The position numbers were made by a program, and so were the translations under genes. From Elusimicrobiota bacterium (lineage in GTDB: Bacteria > Elusimicrobiota > Elusimicrobia > UBA1565 > UBA9628): a stretch of DNA of 64,000 bases. Below, in pieces: positions 11,233 through 20,316 of this stretch; positions within the stretch are counted from its first letter, which is position 1; each line of letters starts with the position of its first letter. A model generated the notes under the pieces. The model worked only from the letters and a program-made list of their open reading frames with translations. It had not been told where the DNA came from and made no database searches. Where the stretch lies: the NCBI GenBank assembly GCA_016191335.1, contig JACPOW010000051.1, forward strand, positions 12,162 through 76,161, given 5' to 3'.

Positions 11233-12540
11233 TCATTCTCCAAGCGCCCGTCCCAGGGCGCGGTGCCAAGCGGTCTCGGCGTCCATCGCGGAGCGTCTCG
11301 CCGAGAGGGCCTGCCTCTCCGCGGACACGCGCTCGGACACGATCCCTTCCCAGATCTCAAAGCTCATCAGCCCCGAGCCGTAGCGGATGTCGGCCTCGTC
11401 GTTGCGCTGGCGCGCGGCGGCGAGCAGGGCGTCCGAGACGAGGACCTGGTCCGAGGCGTCGGCGTAGTTGGACCAGGCCGTCTCGAGGTCGGACAGGGCG
11501 GCCTGCCGGGCGGCCGAGAGGTCCGACTGCGTCCGCTCGTAGCCGAGCCGCGAGGCCTTCGTGTTGAGGTAGGCCGCGGCGGGGCCGCCGCCGAACAGGG
11601 CGTAGCTCAGGCTCGCGCCGGCGCTCCAGGAGTTCGTCCGGTTGGGGAACTCGGTCGGGCCGCCGCGGCCGCGGCTGTAGCTGGCCGACAAGGTCGGCCA
11701 GAACACCGAGTTCGCCGAGTCGAGCGACGCCTTCGAGGAGCGCACCGTCGCCTCCGCGACGGCGACGTCCGTGCGCAGCGGGAGGAGGGCGCGGAAATCG
11801 TCCGGGCGCGCGGGCGGGGGAGCGGAGGCGAAGGCGCCGGTCGCGACGAAGGCCTCGAAGCCCTCGCGGCCGAGCTGGCGCGACATGTCGCGCTGGAAGG
11901 TGCGCACGTCGCGCTCCGCGACGACGATGGCGACGTCGGCCTGCAGCGCCTGGGCCTTCGCGCGGAGCATGTTGCCCTTCGACTCGCGGCCCGCGTCGTA
12001 GCGCAGGCCGACGAGCTCCGCGTCGTGCCGGCGGATGACGGCGATGCGGCGGGAGGTCTCGAGGGAGGCCTGGGCGAAGAGCAGGGCCGAGAAGGTCTGC
12101 CGCAGGGTCGCCCGCAGGCCGGCGGAGGCCGCGCGCAGCGACGCCTCGGCGGAGTTCAGCGCGGCGGACGCCGAGCGGATCGAGGCCGCCTGGGCCGCGC
12201 TGAACAAGGTGAGCCCGGCCGAGGCGCTCGCCGAGTAGGACGGCTTGCGCGAGGAGTTGGATTCCGAGACGGAGTTCGACAGGGTCAGCGACGGCAGGAA
12301 GCCGTTGAACGAGGAGTAGTACGAGGTCCGGCTGGCGTCGACGCTGAGGCGCGAGGAGGCCAAGGACGGGTTGGCCGCCGCGGCCGCGGCCACGCTGTCC
12401 TCCCAGGTCAGAACGGCTCCGTCGGCCGCGCGGGCGGCGGGCGCGAGCAGGAGCAGCGCCGCGAGCGCGGAGCTAGGCCCGGCCGCGAGCGGCCGGGCAC
12501 AGCTGCTTCGGAGGAAAACCATATAGCAGCTAGCGCGCAT
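11233..12540 (-). CDS. TolC-family outer membrane efflux protein
   Basis: 435 aa with a signal peptide ending APAARA and two OEP-type repeats rich in Ala/Ser/Leu coiled segments. Operon context with MFP-MacB. Confidence 0.85.
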   Translation of the reverse strand: MRASCYMVFLRSSCARPLAAGPSSALAALLLLAPAARAADGAVLTWEDSVAAAAAANPSLASSRLSVDASRTSYYSSFNGFLPSLTLSNSVSESNSSRKPSYSASASAGLTLFSAAQAASIRSASAALNSAEASLRAASAGLRATLRQTFSALLFAQASLETSRRIAVIRRHDAELVGLRYDAGRESKGNMLRAKAQALQADVAIVVAERDVRTFQRDMSRQLGREGFEAFVATGAFASAPPPARPDDFRALLPLRTDVAVAEATVRSSKASLDSANSVFWPTLSASYSRGRGGPTEFPNRTNSWSAGASLSYALFGGGPAAAYLNTKASRLGYERTQSDLSAARQAALSDLETAWSNYADASDQVLVSDALLAAARQRNDEADIRYGSGLMSFEIWEGIVSERVSAERQALSARRSAMDAETAWHRALGRALGE

Positions 12541-12913
12541 CGGGAGGGCCCGGCTCCATCGGAGGCTTCTGCCAGCGGGCGCGGAGCTCCTCCATCTTCT
12601 TCTTCTGCGCGTCGTCGAGGAACGGCGCCAGGTCGCGGTCGATCTCGGCGCGCAGGGCCGCCATGCGCGACTCCTCGTCCCGGCGGATGGCCTGGAAGGC
12701 GCCCTTCTTGGCCGCGAGGAGGGCGCGCAGCGCCTGGACCTGGTCGGGGCGGAGGTCCAGCTCGCGGCGGAGCATCTTCACCACGCGCTCCGGCCTCGGG
12801 CCCTGGCGCCGCATGCGATGGGCAGCCGCGCGCTCCAGGCGCGCGCCGAGCCACACGCCGGAGACCAGCCCGACGAGCACCGCGATCAGGAGGCCGCGCC
12901 AGTGACGGATCAA
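12530..12913 (-). CDS. periplasmic Spy/CpxP/ZraP-like (LTXXQ-type) protein
   Basis: TM/signal anchor GLLIAVLVGLVSGVWLG followed by helical LDLRPDQVQALRALL / LDDAQKKKMEELR repeats. TTG 12913 overlaps the anti-sigma stop (TTGA). The start is uncertain. Confidence 0.6.
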   Translation of the reverse strand: MIRHWRGLLIAVLVGLVSGVWLGARLERAAAHRMRRQGPRPERVVKMLRRELDLRPDQVQALRALLAAKKGAFQAIRRDEESRMAALRAEIDRDLAPFLDDAQKKKMEELRARWQKPPMEPGPPDAR

Positions 12914-13308
12914 GGCGCCACCTCGAAGGCGGAGCCGGCGTCCGCGGAGACCGCCGCGACGCCGAGCGGGGCGTCCTCGTCGGGGTCGGGCATCGCGATC
13001 GCGAACACCAGCCCGGCCAGGGCCAGGCCGAGCGCGGGGGCGAGCACCCGGGCGGCGAACCGCTCCCACGCCGAGACGGAGTCCGCCTCGACGCGGGCCA
13101 TGACGCGGGAGACGAAGGCCTCGGTCGAGCGCGGGTCGGGGCGGACGGGCGCCCGGAACAGCGCCGGGCCGAGGCGGCGCAGGCGCGCGGCCTCGGCGTC
13201 GCAGGCGGGGCAGGCGTCGAGATGGGCCGACACCGCCGCGCGCGCGGGCGCGTCCAGCTCGCCGTCGAGCCAGTCGCCGATCATCTCCCGGATCTTCTCG
13301 TGTGTCAT
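12910..13308 (-). CDS. anti-sigma factor (zf-HC2 type)
   Basis: N-terminal H-x3-C-x2-C motif (HLDACPACD) and one TM helix. Lies immediately downstream of the ECF sigma gene. GGGAGAGG SD. Confidence 0.8.
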   Translation of the reverse strand: MTHEKIREMIGDWLDGELDAPARAAVSAHLDACPACDAEAARLRRLGPALFRAPVRPDPRSTEAFVSRVMARVEADSVSAWERFAARVLAPALGLALAGLVFAIAMPDPDEDAPLGVAAVSADAGSAFEVAP

Positions 13309-13321
13309 GGCCTCTCCCTGA

Positions 13322-13894
13322 TTAGACGATATCCGCGCCCGGAAAGTGTCGCGCCATTCCGGCCAAGTCGGCCCGCGCGCGCCTGATCCTGGCCTTGACC
13401 GAATCGAGGGAACAGGACATGGACGCCGCGATCTCCTCGTAGGTCAGGCCCTCCAGCTCGCGCAGGGTCAGCGCGAGGCGCTGCTCCGGAGGCAGGCGCG
13501 AGAGCAGGCGTTCGACGGCGTCCTGGTCCTCGAGGGCCTTGGCGGGGGAAGCCTCGGACAGCGCGCGGCCCAGCGCCTCGGAATCGGCCTCGAGCAGGGC
13601 GTCGAGGGAGTCGGAGCGGCGGCGGCCCGCGGCGCGAAGGACGTCGAGGCAGTGGTTGACCGCGATGCGGTGCAGCCAGGTGGCGAAGGACGCCTCTCCC
13701 GAGAAACGGGGTAGCGCGCGGTGGGCCTTCAGGAACGCCTCCTGCGCGGCGTCCTCGGCCTCGCCGGGGCCGCCGAGCGTCGCCGCGCACAGCGCCCGCA
13801 CCCGCGGGGCGTGCCGGCGGACGAGCTCGGCGAACGCGTCGCCGTCGCCGGCCGCCGCGCTCCGGGCCAGCTCCGCGTCCCCGGTCTGCGTCAT
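13322..13894 (-). CDS. ECF (sigma-70 family group IV) RNA polymerase sigma factor
   Basis: 190 aa. Region 2 (WLHRIAVNHCLDVLR) and region 4 (LTLRELEGLTYEEIAASM) motifs. Confidence 0.9.
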   Translation of the reverse strand: MTQTGDAELARSAAAGDGDAFAELVRRHAPRVRALCAATLGGPGEAEDAAQEAFLKAHRALPRFSGEASFATWLHRIAVNHCLDVLRAAGRRRSDSLDALLEADSEALGRALSEASPAKALEDQDAVERLLSRLPPEQRLALTLRELEGLTYEEIAASMSCSLDSVKARIRRARADLAGMARHFPGADIV

Positions 13895-13901
13895 GCCGGG
13901 C

Positions 13902-16900
13902 TCAATGCCCCGCGTTCACGCGGTCGTCCTCGGCCCGCTCGGCCTGCCGCACCGCGCGGATCACCGCGGCGTGCGTCGCCTGCGCCTTGCCGCTCTCGAC
14001 GCGGACGAACAGGCTGTACGCGGCCGGGACGACGAACAAGGTCAGGAAGGTCGACACGCTGACGCCGCCGATCAGGGACAGCGCCATCGGGACGGTGGCC
14101 TCCGAGCCGGCGCCGTGCGCCAGCGCCGTGGGGACCGCGGCGGAGATCGTCGCGATCGAGGTCATCAGGATCGGACGCAGGCGCACCGGGCAGGCGTCGA
14201 GCAAGGCCGCCCGGGGCTCGAGTCCCTCCTCGCGGCGCTGGTTGGTGAAGTCCACGAGGAGGATGGAGTTTTTCTTGACTATGCCCATGAGGAGGAGCAG
14301 GCCGATCATGGAGTTGATGTTGAGGCTCTTGTCGAAGGCCCACAAGGTCAGGAAGGCGCCGGAGAGGCTGAACGGCAGCGCCAGCAGGACCGTGACCGGA
14401 TGGACGAAGCTGTTGAACTGCGCTCCGAGCACCATGTACGCGACGATGATGCCGAGGACCAGCGCGAACAGCAGGCTCTGGAACGACTCCTTGAAGGTCT
14501 TCGAGGAGCCGGAGAAGAACACGTGATAGCCCTCGGGCAAGGTCTCGTTGCCGAGCTTCTCGATGTCCGCGAGGATCTGGGCCTGGGACTTGCCCGGGAC
14601 GACGTTGGCGTAGATGCCGATGGCGCGCTCGCGGTCCTTGCGGGTGATCGCGAGCAGGGACGGCTTCGTCTCGAGGCGGACCACCTCGGAGAGGCGGATC
14701 ATCTCGCCGCGGTTGTTGCGCACGAAGAACTTGTTGATGTCCTCCGGCGCGAGGCGGTACTTCGCCTCGGTCCGCACCCGCACGTCGTAGCGGCGGCCGT
14801 TGTCGGTGAACAGGCCGGCGCGCACGCCGCCGATCATCGCGTTGATCGTCGTGCCGATGGACTGGATCGAGACCCCGCGGGCGTAGGCCTTCGCCCGGTC
14901 GGGGTAGATCCGGACCTCGGGCATGCCGCTCTTGTAGTCGGTGTCCACGTCGAGCAGCGAGCCGGTCTTCTCCAGTCGGCCCTTGAACTCGTTGGAGACC
15001 GCGATCAGCTTCTCCCAGTCGGGGCCGCGGATGGTGAACTCGATGGGGAAGCCGCGCGAGGCGGAGAAACCGCCCTGGGACAGGTCCATGATCAGCGCGC
15101 GCAAGGTGGGGATGGAGTTGAGGGCCTTGCGCGTGTCCTTCATCACGTCGCCCTGGGTGGTGGTCTTGCCGGCCGCGTTCAGGCCGCGCTTCGGGAGGTC
15201 CTTGAGCGTGACGAACAGCATGCCGGAGTTGACCTCGCCGCCCTGGAAGCCGCCGACCGCAGAGTAGTAGCCCTCGACCGCGGGGTTCTTCGTCATCCAT
15301 TCCTCGGCCTCCTTGATCTTCGCGTCGGTGTACTCGAACGAGGAGCCCACGGGCGTCTCCAGGCGGATGAGGAACATGCCCTGGTCCTGGGCGGGGACGA
15401 ACTCCTTGCGGATCTTCTTGACGCTGATCAGCGAGGCGGTGAAGAACAGGACGCCGAGACCGATGACGGTCCAGCGGTGGGCGAGGGTCCACTCGAGGCG
15501 GCGGCGGTAGGCCGACGCGCACCACGCGAAGGCGGCGTCGACCGCGCGGATCAGCGCGTTGCCGTGGCCCCCGACCTCGAGGAACTGCGAGCAGCGCATC
15601 GGGGCGAGCGTCAGCGCCTCGAGCAGCGAGAACGACACCGCCGCCGAGATCGTCACGCCGAACTGGAAGAAGAACTTGCCGATGATGCCCTTCATGAACA
15701 CGACGGGCATGAAGATCGCGAGCACGGCGATCGTCGCGGCCATGGCGGCGAAGGTGATCTCCCGGGCGCCGAACACGGCGCCGGTGAGCTTGTCCTGGCC
15801 GAGCTCGCGGTGGCGCACGATGTTCTCGAGCACCATGATGGCGTCGTCGACGATGATGCCGATCGACAAAGTGAGGCCGAGCAAGGTGAAGGAGTTCAGC
15901 GTGAACCCGAGGAAGTAGGTCACGATGAAGGTGCCGAGCACCGCGGTCGGGATCGCCAAGAGGACGTTTAAGGTAGAAGACCAGGAGCCGAGGAACAGCC
16001 AGCACACCAGCGACGTCAGCACCGCCGCGAGCAGCAGGTGGTGGGTGAGGTTGCGCACCGAGTCCTTGATGAACTTGGTCGAGTCGAAGCGCACGCCGAG
16101 GCGCATGCCCTTGGGCAAGGTCCCCTTCGTCTCCTCCATCTTCTTCTTGATCCGGGTGGCGATCTCGACGGCGTTGGCGCCGCGCTGCTTGCGGATGCCG
16201 AGGCCGACGGCGCGCCGGAGGCCGACGCGCGAGATGCGGCGCACGTCGGCGAGGCCGTCCTCGATGCGGGCTACTTCCTGGAGCGCGATCGGGATGTGGA
16301 TCGGCGTGCCGCCGCGCTGCGTTATCAGGAGCTTGCCGAACTCGTTCGGATCGGAGATCTCGCCCAGGGTGCGGACGTTGAACTCCTTCACGTCGGTCTC
16401 GATCTGGCCGGCCGGGACCTCGGCGTGCTCGCGGCGGATCGCGGCGAGGATGTCCTCGACGGTGATCTGCTGGGCGCGCATCTTGTCCGCGTCGAGCCAG
16501 ACGCGCAGGTTGCGCGGCACGAGCCCTCCGAGCAGGACCTCGCCGACGCCGGGCACGGTCTGGAAGCGGTTCTTGAGGTGGTCCTGCGCGTAGACCATCA
16601 GGTCCTTGACCGGCACGTCGCCGGACAGCGCCAGCCACATGATCGGGTTGTCCTCGGGGTTGACCTTGGTCACGATCGGCGGGTCCATGTCCTTGGGCAG
16701 GCGCTGCTGGGCCTGGGCGATCTTGGTCTGGACCTCCTGCAGGGCGACGTCGATGCCGCGGTCGAGCTCGAACTCGACGGTGATCGTCGCCTGGCCGAGC
16801 TTCGACGAGGAGGTGATCTCCTTGACGCCCTGGACCGAGGTGACCGCGTCCTCGATGATGTCGACGACCTCGGTCTCCATGATCTCGGGCGCGGCGCCTT

Positions 16901-17054
16901 CCCAGGCGACCGAGATGTTGACGATGGGGAAGTCCACGTCCGGCATCTGGGAGACGCCCATGCGGCCGTAGCCGATCCAGCCGAAGATCATCAGGCCGAA
17001 CATCAGCATCCAGGCGAAGACGGGGTTCTTGATCGAGAGATCGGACAGGGTCAC
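13902..17054 (-). CDS. RND (AcrB/HAE1-like) efflux permease
   Basis: About 1050 aa with the 12-TM RND architecture, beginning LSDLSIKNPVFAWMLMFGLMIFG. GTG 17054 overlaps the upstream stop (GTGA). The 1180-aa extension in the ORF track is not used. Confidence 0.92.
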   Translation of the reverse strand: MTLSDLSIKNPVFAWMLMFGLMIFGWIGYGRMGVSQMPDVDFPIVNISVAWEGAAPEIMETEVVDIIEDAVTSVQGVKEITSSSKLGQATITVEFELDRGIDVALQEVQTKIAQAQQRLPKDMDPPIVTKVNPEDNPIMWLALSGDVPVKDLMVYAQDHLKNRFQTVPGVGEVLLGGLVPRNLRVWLDADKMRAQQITVEDILAAIRREHAEVPAGQIETDVKEFNVRTLGEISDPNEFGKLLITQRGGTPIHIPIALQEVARIEDGLADVRRISRVGLRRAVGLGIRKQRGANAVEIATRIKKKMEETKGTLPKGMRLGVRFDSTKFIKDSVRNLTHHLLLAAVLTSLVCWLFLGSWSSTLNVLLAIPTAVLGTFIVTYFLGFTLNSFTLLGLTLSIGIIVDDAIMVLENIVRHRELGQDKLTGAVFGAREITFAAMAATIAVLAIFMPVVFMKGIIGKFFFQFGVTISAAVSFSLLEALTLAPMRCSQFLEVGGHGNALIRAVDAAFAWCASAYRRRLEWTLAHRWTVIGLGVLFFTASLISVKKIRKEFVPAQDQGMFLIRLETPVGSSFEYTDAKIKEAEEWMTKNPAVEGYYSAVGGFQGGEVNSGMLFVTLKDLPKRGLNAAGKTTTQGDVMKDTRKALNSIPTLRALIMDLSQGGFSASRGFPIEFTIRGPDWEKLIAVSNEFKGRLEKTGSLLDVDTDYKSGMPEVRIYPDRAKAYARGVSIQSIGTTINAMIGGVRAGLFTDNGRRYDVRVRTEAKYRLAPEDINKFFVRNNRGEMIRLSEVVRLETKPSLLAITRKDRERAIGIYANVVPGKSQAQILADIEKLGNETLPEGYHVFFSGSSKTFKESFQSLLFALVLGIIVAYMVLGAQFNSFVHPVTVLLALPFSLSGAFLTLWAFDKSLNINSMIGLLLLMGIVKKNSILLVDFTNQRREEGLEPRAALLDACPVRLRPILMTSIATISAAVPTALAHGAGSEATVPMALSLIGGVSVSTFLTLFVVPAAYSLFVRVESGKAQATHAAVIRAVRQAERAEDDRVNAGH

Positions 17055-18316
17055 AGGGAGCCTCCGGGGACGCCCGCGGCGACTTCGAGCTGCACGCGGG
17101 ACCAATAAGCGTCGATGCGCGCCGCGTTCTGCTGCAGGCGCGTCTGCTGGAGCGAGTTGAGGCTGCCGAGGACCTCGAGGTTGGTGACCTGGCCGAGACG
17201 GTAGTCGGAGCTCTGGGCCCTCGCGTTCTCCTCGGCGAGGCGCTCGGCCTTGTCGAGCGCGGCGGTGACGGCGACCGACGAGCGCAGCCGCTGGTGCGCG
17301 GAGCGAGCCTCGAGCTCGGCGAGCCGCACCCCTTCCGCCAAGGCCGCGCGCCGGGCCTTCAGGCGCGCCTCCTGCTGGCGGGTCTGGGAGCCGATCTCGC
17401 CGCCTCCGTACAGAGGGAGGGAGCCGGTGATCGTCGCGTCCCACTTCACATCCGAGGTGAAGCTGGGGGGACGCCGGAAGTAGTAGTTCGCGTCGAGGCT
17501 GATGACGGGCCAGCGCGCGCGGGAGGCGACCTTGACGTTGCGCTCCGCGGCGGAGGCCTCCTCGCGGCGGGCCTCGACGTCGGCGCGCACGCGCGCCTTC
17601 GCCAGGGCCGCGTCGAGCGCGGGGATCGCCGCCGCCTCGGCGGGGACCGGCGCGGGGGTCAGGCGCTGGTCCAGCCCGGTCAGGAACGCGAGCTTGAACT
17701 GCGCCACCTGCTCGGCCGCCCGGGAAGTCTCGAGCTGGGCCAGGTTCGCGGCGAGCTGGGACTCAGCCGCGAGCAGTTCGCTGGCGCGGGCGCGGCCGAC
17801 CTTGCGGAACTCCTTGAGGTCCGCCACCCGGTTCTGGGTGATGGAGACCAACGCTTCCCGGATCCGGATGTCGTCCTGCGCGCCGAGCAGGTCGAGGTAG
17901 GCGCGGGCGACGTCGCCGTACAGCAGCTGGCGCGCGCGCTCGAGGGAGAGCTCCGCGGCCCGGCCGAGGTCCTTCGACGCCCGGTACGCGAGGAACTCGC
18001 GCATCCCGGTGAACAGCGGCTGACGGAGGTTCATCCAGCCCTGCTCGCGGCGGCGCTGGAGGAACAGGCCCGACGCGCCGGGGGGGACGTCCTGGAGCGT
18101 CTGGAAGCCCATCACGGCGAGACGCGGGAGGACGCGGGAGAATATCTCGTCGGCCTTGGCCAAGGTCTCCTCGTAGGTCGCGCCGGAGATCGCGATCTCC
18201 TCGCTGCGCGCGAGCGCGAGCTTGTAGGCCTCGGGCAGGGCGATGGGCCGGTCGGCCTGCGCCGCCACGGAGAGGGGGAGGAGGAGGAACGCCGTCAGAA
18301 GAAGGGACTTGCTCAT
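17051..18316 (-). CDS. TolC-family outer membrane efflux protein
   Basis: Signal peptide MSKSLLLTAFLLLPLSVAAQA and OEP repeats. ATG 18316 overlaps the TetR stop (ATGA). Confidence 0.85.
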   Translation of the reverse strand: MSKSLLLTAFLLLPLSVAAQADRPIALPEAYKLALARSEEIAISGATYEETLAKADEIFSRVLPRLAVMGFQTLQDVPPGASGLFLQRRREQGWMNLRQPLFTGMREFLAYRASKDLGRAAELSLERARQLLYGDVARAYLDLLGAQDDIRIREALVSITQNRVADLKEFRKVGRARASELLAAESQLAANLAQLETSRAAEQVAQFKLAFLTGLDQRLTPAPVPAEAAAIPALDAALAKARVRADVEARREEASAAERNVKVASRARWPVISLDANYYFRRPPSFTSDVKWDATITGSLPLYGGGEIGSQTRQQEARLKARRAALAEGVRLAELEARSAHQRLRSSVAVTAALDKAERLAEENARAQSSDYRLGQVTNLEVLGSLNSLQQTRLQQNAARIDAYWSRVQLEVAAGVPGGSL

Positions 18317-18921
18317 ACCATGACTCCGCTGCCGCCGAGGAAGAACGAGACGACGCTCTCCGCCTCCCGTTCGAGCGGCCGGTCGTGGCCCTCGATGACC
18401 TTGCGCATGGTCAAGGTGCGGCACAGGCTGAAGAAGGCCCCGATCGCGAAGCCCATGTCGGGGACCGACTTTCCGCCGTCCTTGGAGGCCTGCGCGATGA
18501 TGGCGCCCATCCGCGCGTGGTTGAGCCGGAACTTCTCCAGGAGCTTGCCGCAGGACTTGTCGCCGCAGCCGGGGAAGCGGCCGGTGCCCGCCTGCGCCAT
18601 GAAGTCGCGGCTGTGGTCGAAGTGGTTGAGCACGACCTTCGCCGTCGCGACGAGCAGCTCCCGGCCGGCGAGGCCGGTCTTGGGGAGGGACTCGAGCTCG
18701 AGCCCGAGGCCGTCCACGATGTCCGCGAACACGGCGGAGAACAGCGCCTCCTTGTCCTTGAAGTGGAGGAACAAGGTGCCCTTGGCCACGCCGGCCTCGT
18801 GCGCGATGTCGTCGAGCACGATGTCCTGGAAGCCGCGCTTGACGAGCATGCGGCGGGCGGCGGCGAGGATCAGGCGCTTCTTCGAATCGGGGTCGCGGGC
18901 GACGGTCTTGACGGTGGCCAT
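18313..18921 (-). CDS. TetR/AcrR family transcriptional regulator
   Basis: N-terminal HTH (KKRLILAAARRMLVKRGFQDIVLDDIAHEAGVAKGTLFLHFKDKEALF). AAGGA SD. Confidence 0.92.
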   Translation of the reverse strand: MATVKTVARDPDSKKRLILAAARRMLVKRGFQDIVLDDIAHEAGVAKGTLFLHFKDKEALFSAVFADIVDGLGLELESLPKTGLAGRELLVATAKVVLNHFDHSRDFMAQAGTGRFPGCGDKSCGKLLEKFRLNHARMGAIIAQASKDGGKSVPDMGFAIGAFFSLCRTLTMRKVIEGHDRPLEREAESVVSFFLGGSGVMV

Positions 18922-18934
18922 GGGATGTTCCTTT

Positions 18935-18958
18935 TATGACTGACTGGTTAGTCATTAA
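18935..18958. promoter_or_regulatory. candidate TetR operator (nested inverted repeats)
   Basis: tATGACTGACTggttAGTCATtaa contains ATGAC...GTCAT and TGACT-N4-AGTCA inverted repeats. They lie in the 93-bp divergent region between the TetR and DUF481-like genes. Confidence 0.4.
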
Positions 18959-19014
18959 TCTTACCACAAAGTCCCGCTGGACGCAAGCCGGTCGGGTTTC
19001 GCTATAATCCCGCC

Positions 19015-19734
19015 ATGACCAAACCCCTCGCCGCCGCCCTCCTCCTCGCCGCCCTCGCCCTGTCCGCCTCGCACGCCGCCGCCAAGGACTGGAATGACTC
19101 CGCCGAGCTGTCCGTCATCAGCGCCAACGGCAACACGAAGACGCAGACGATCTCCGGCCGGAACGTGTTCACCTACGACTTCAGCGACAAGACGAAGCTC
19201 GAGGTCGACGCCGGCGGCAACGGCGCGCGCACCGAGGGCAAGGTCGTGGCGGAGCAGTACTTCGCCTCCGAGAAGGTCTCCCACAAGATCAGCGACCTCA
19301 ATTACCTCTTCGAGCGCTACCGCTGGGACCGGGACGTGTTCGCGGGCTTCAAGCACCGGCACAACTTCTCCGCCGGCGTCGGCCGCGAGCTGTGGAGGAC
19401 GGACAAGGATCTCCTGATCGGCGAGGCCGCGCCGGGCTACGTCAACCAGGAGCGCATCGGCGACAACACCCGGAGCTTCGCGTCGGCGCGCTTCTACGGG
19501 AAGTACACCCGGCAGTTCAGCGAGACCTCGAAGTTCAGCCAGGACGCGGAGTACACCCAGAGCCTCCAGAACTCCGACGACTCCTGGATCAACACCGAGA
19601 CGGCGCTGATCGCGGCGATCAACGCCACGTTCTCGGTGAAGAACTCCTTCCTGTGGAAGCACATCAGCCGCCCGTCGCCGAACAAGCGCAAGGACGACAC
19701 GGTCGTCTCCGTCTCGCTGATCGCGAGCTTCTAG
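19015..19734 (+). CDS. DUF481-like outer-membrane beta-barrel protein
   Basis: Signal peptide, then WNDSAELSVISANGNTKTQT...YLFERYRWDRDVFAGF pattern typical of the DUF481/YdiY family. Ends in an aromatic residue (F). Confidence 0.75.
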   Translation: MTKPLAAALLLAALALSASHAAAKDWNDSAELSVISANGNTKTQTISGRNVFTYDFSDKTKLEVDAGGNGARTEGKVVAEQYFASEKVSHKISDLNYLFERYRWDRDVFAGFKHRHNFSAGVGRELWRTDKDLLIGEAAPGYVNQERIGDNTRSFASARFYGKYTRQFSETSKFSQDAEYTQSLQNSDDSWINTETALIAAINATFSVKNSFLWKHISRPSPNKRKDDTVVSVSLIASF

Positions 19735-19735
19735 C

Positions 19736-20095
19736 TCAGCGCCCGGCTTTCAGCAGGGCGAGCGCGACGAGCGCCGGCAGGGCCTGGACGAGCCAGATGC
19801 TCCGGCTCGCGGTCGCGCCGCCGACGAGCCCCGCGACGACCGCGCAGGCGAGGAAGAAGGTCTTCAGCGCGGGAGCCGCCTCCGGCGCCGCGGCCAACCC
19901 CCAGACCAGCCCCGCCGCCAGGAAGGCGTTGTAGACGCCCTGGTTGGCGGCGAACACCGCGTTCGCCTCCGCGGCCTGAGGGGTCAGCCCGAAGACCCTG
20001 AGGCCGAGCGGCGTCCGGAACAGGAAGGATTCGAGCACGAAGAACGCGGCGTGCTCGAGCGCGACGAAGCCGACGAGGGCCGAGGAGAGCGTCAT
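19736..20095 (-). CDS. DUF1304-like small membrane protein
   Basis: 119 aa with 4 hydrophobic helices. N-terminus LVGFVALEHAAFFVLESFLF resembles DUF1304. ATGA-coupled to the upstream gene. Confidence 0.65.
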   Translation of the reverse strand: MTLSSALVGFVALEHAAFFVLESFLFRTPLGLRVFGLTPQAAEANAVFAANQGVYNAFLAAGLVWGLAAAPEAAPALKTFFLACAVVAGLVGGATASRSIWLVQALPALVALALLKAGR

Positions 20096-20316
20096 TCCGG
20101 GAGCTTGCCGGCTTCCTGGGCCTTCTTGTTCGCGGCGTCGGCCTTCGCCTTGGCTTCCTGCGCGCGCTTCACGTCAGCCTGGAGCGTGGCGACGTACTTC
20201 TCCACCTTGTTCTTGTCCATCGGAGCCTCCGCCGCCGGCTCGGCGGCGGGCGGCGGCGGCTCGGCCTTGCGGCAGGCCGCGGCGGCGAGGAGCAGGACGC
20301 AGAGCGCGGCCTTCAT
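20092..20316 (-). CDS. small lipoprotein
   Basis: Lipobox LLAAAAC after a signal peptide, then a Lys/Ala/Glu-rich helix. ATGA-coupled to the lpxD stop. Confidence 0.65.
   Translation of the reverse strand: MKAALCVLLLAAAACRKAEPPPPAAEPAAEAPMDKNKVEKYVATLQADVKRAQEAKAKADAANKKAQEAGKLPE

Noticed and set aside
7197-11567. 1456-aa ORF on the + strand, the longest ORF in the track
   Set aside because: Its composition is extremely rich in Arg/Gly/Ala/Asp/His/Glu and low in complexity, with no recognisable motifs. The opposite strand encodes clear GT9, MacB, MFP and TolC proteins. It is a shadow ORF typical of high-GC DNA.
13902-18967. N-terminal extensions of the RND ORF (to 17444) and the OMF ORF (to 18967)
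   Set aside because: The extensions are Arg/Pro-rich and overlap the upstream genes. Family-typical N-termini begin at GTG 17054 and ATG 18316, both forming 4-nt overlaps with the upstream stop codons.
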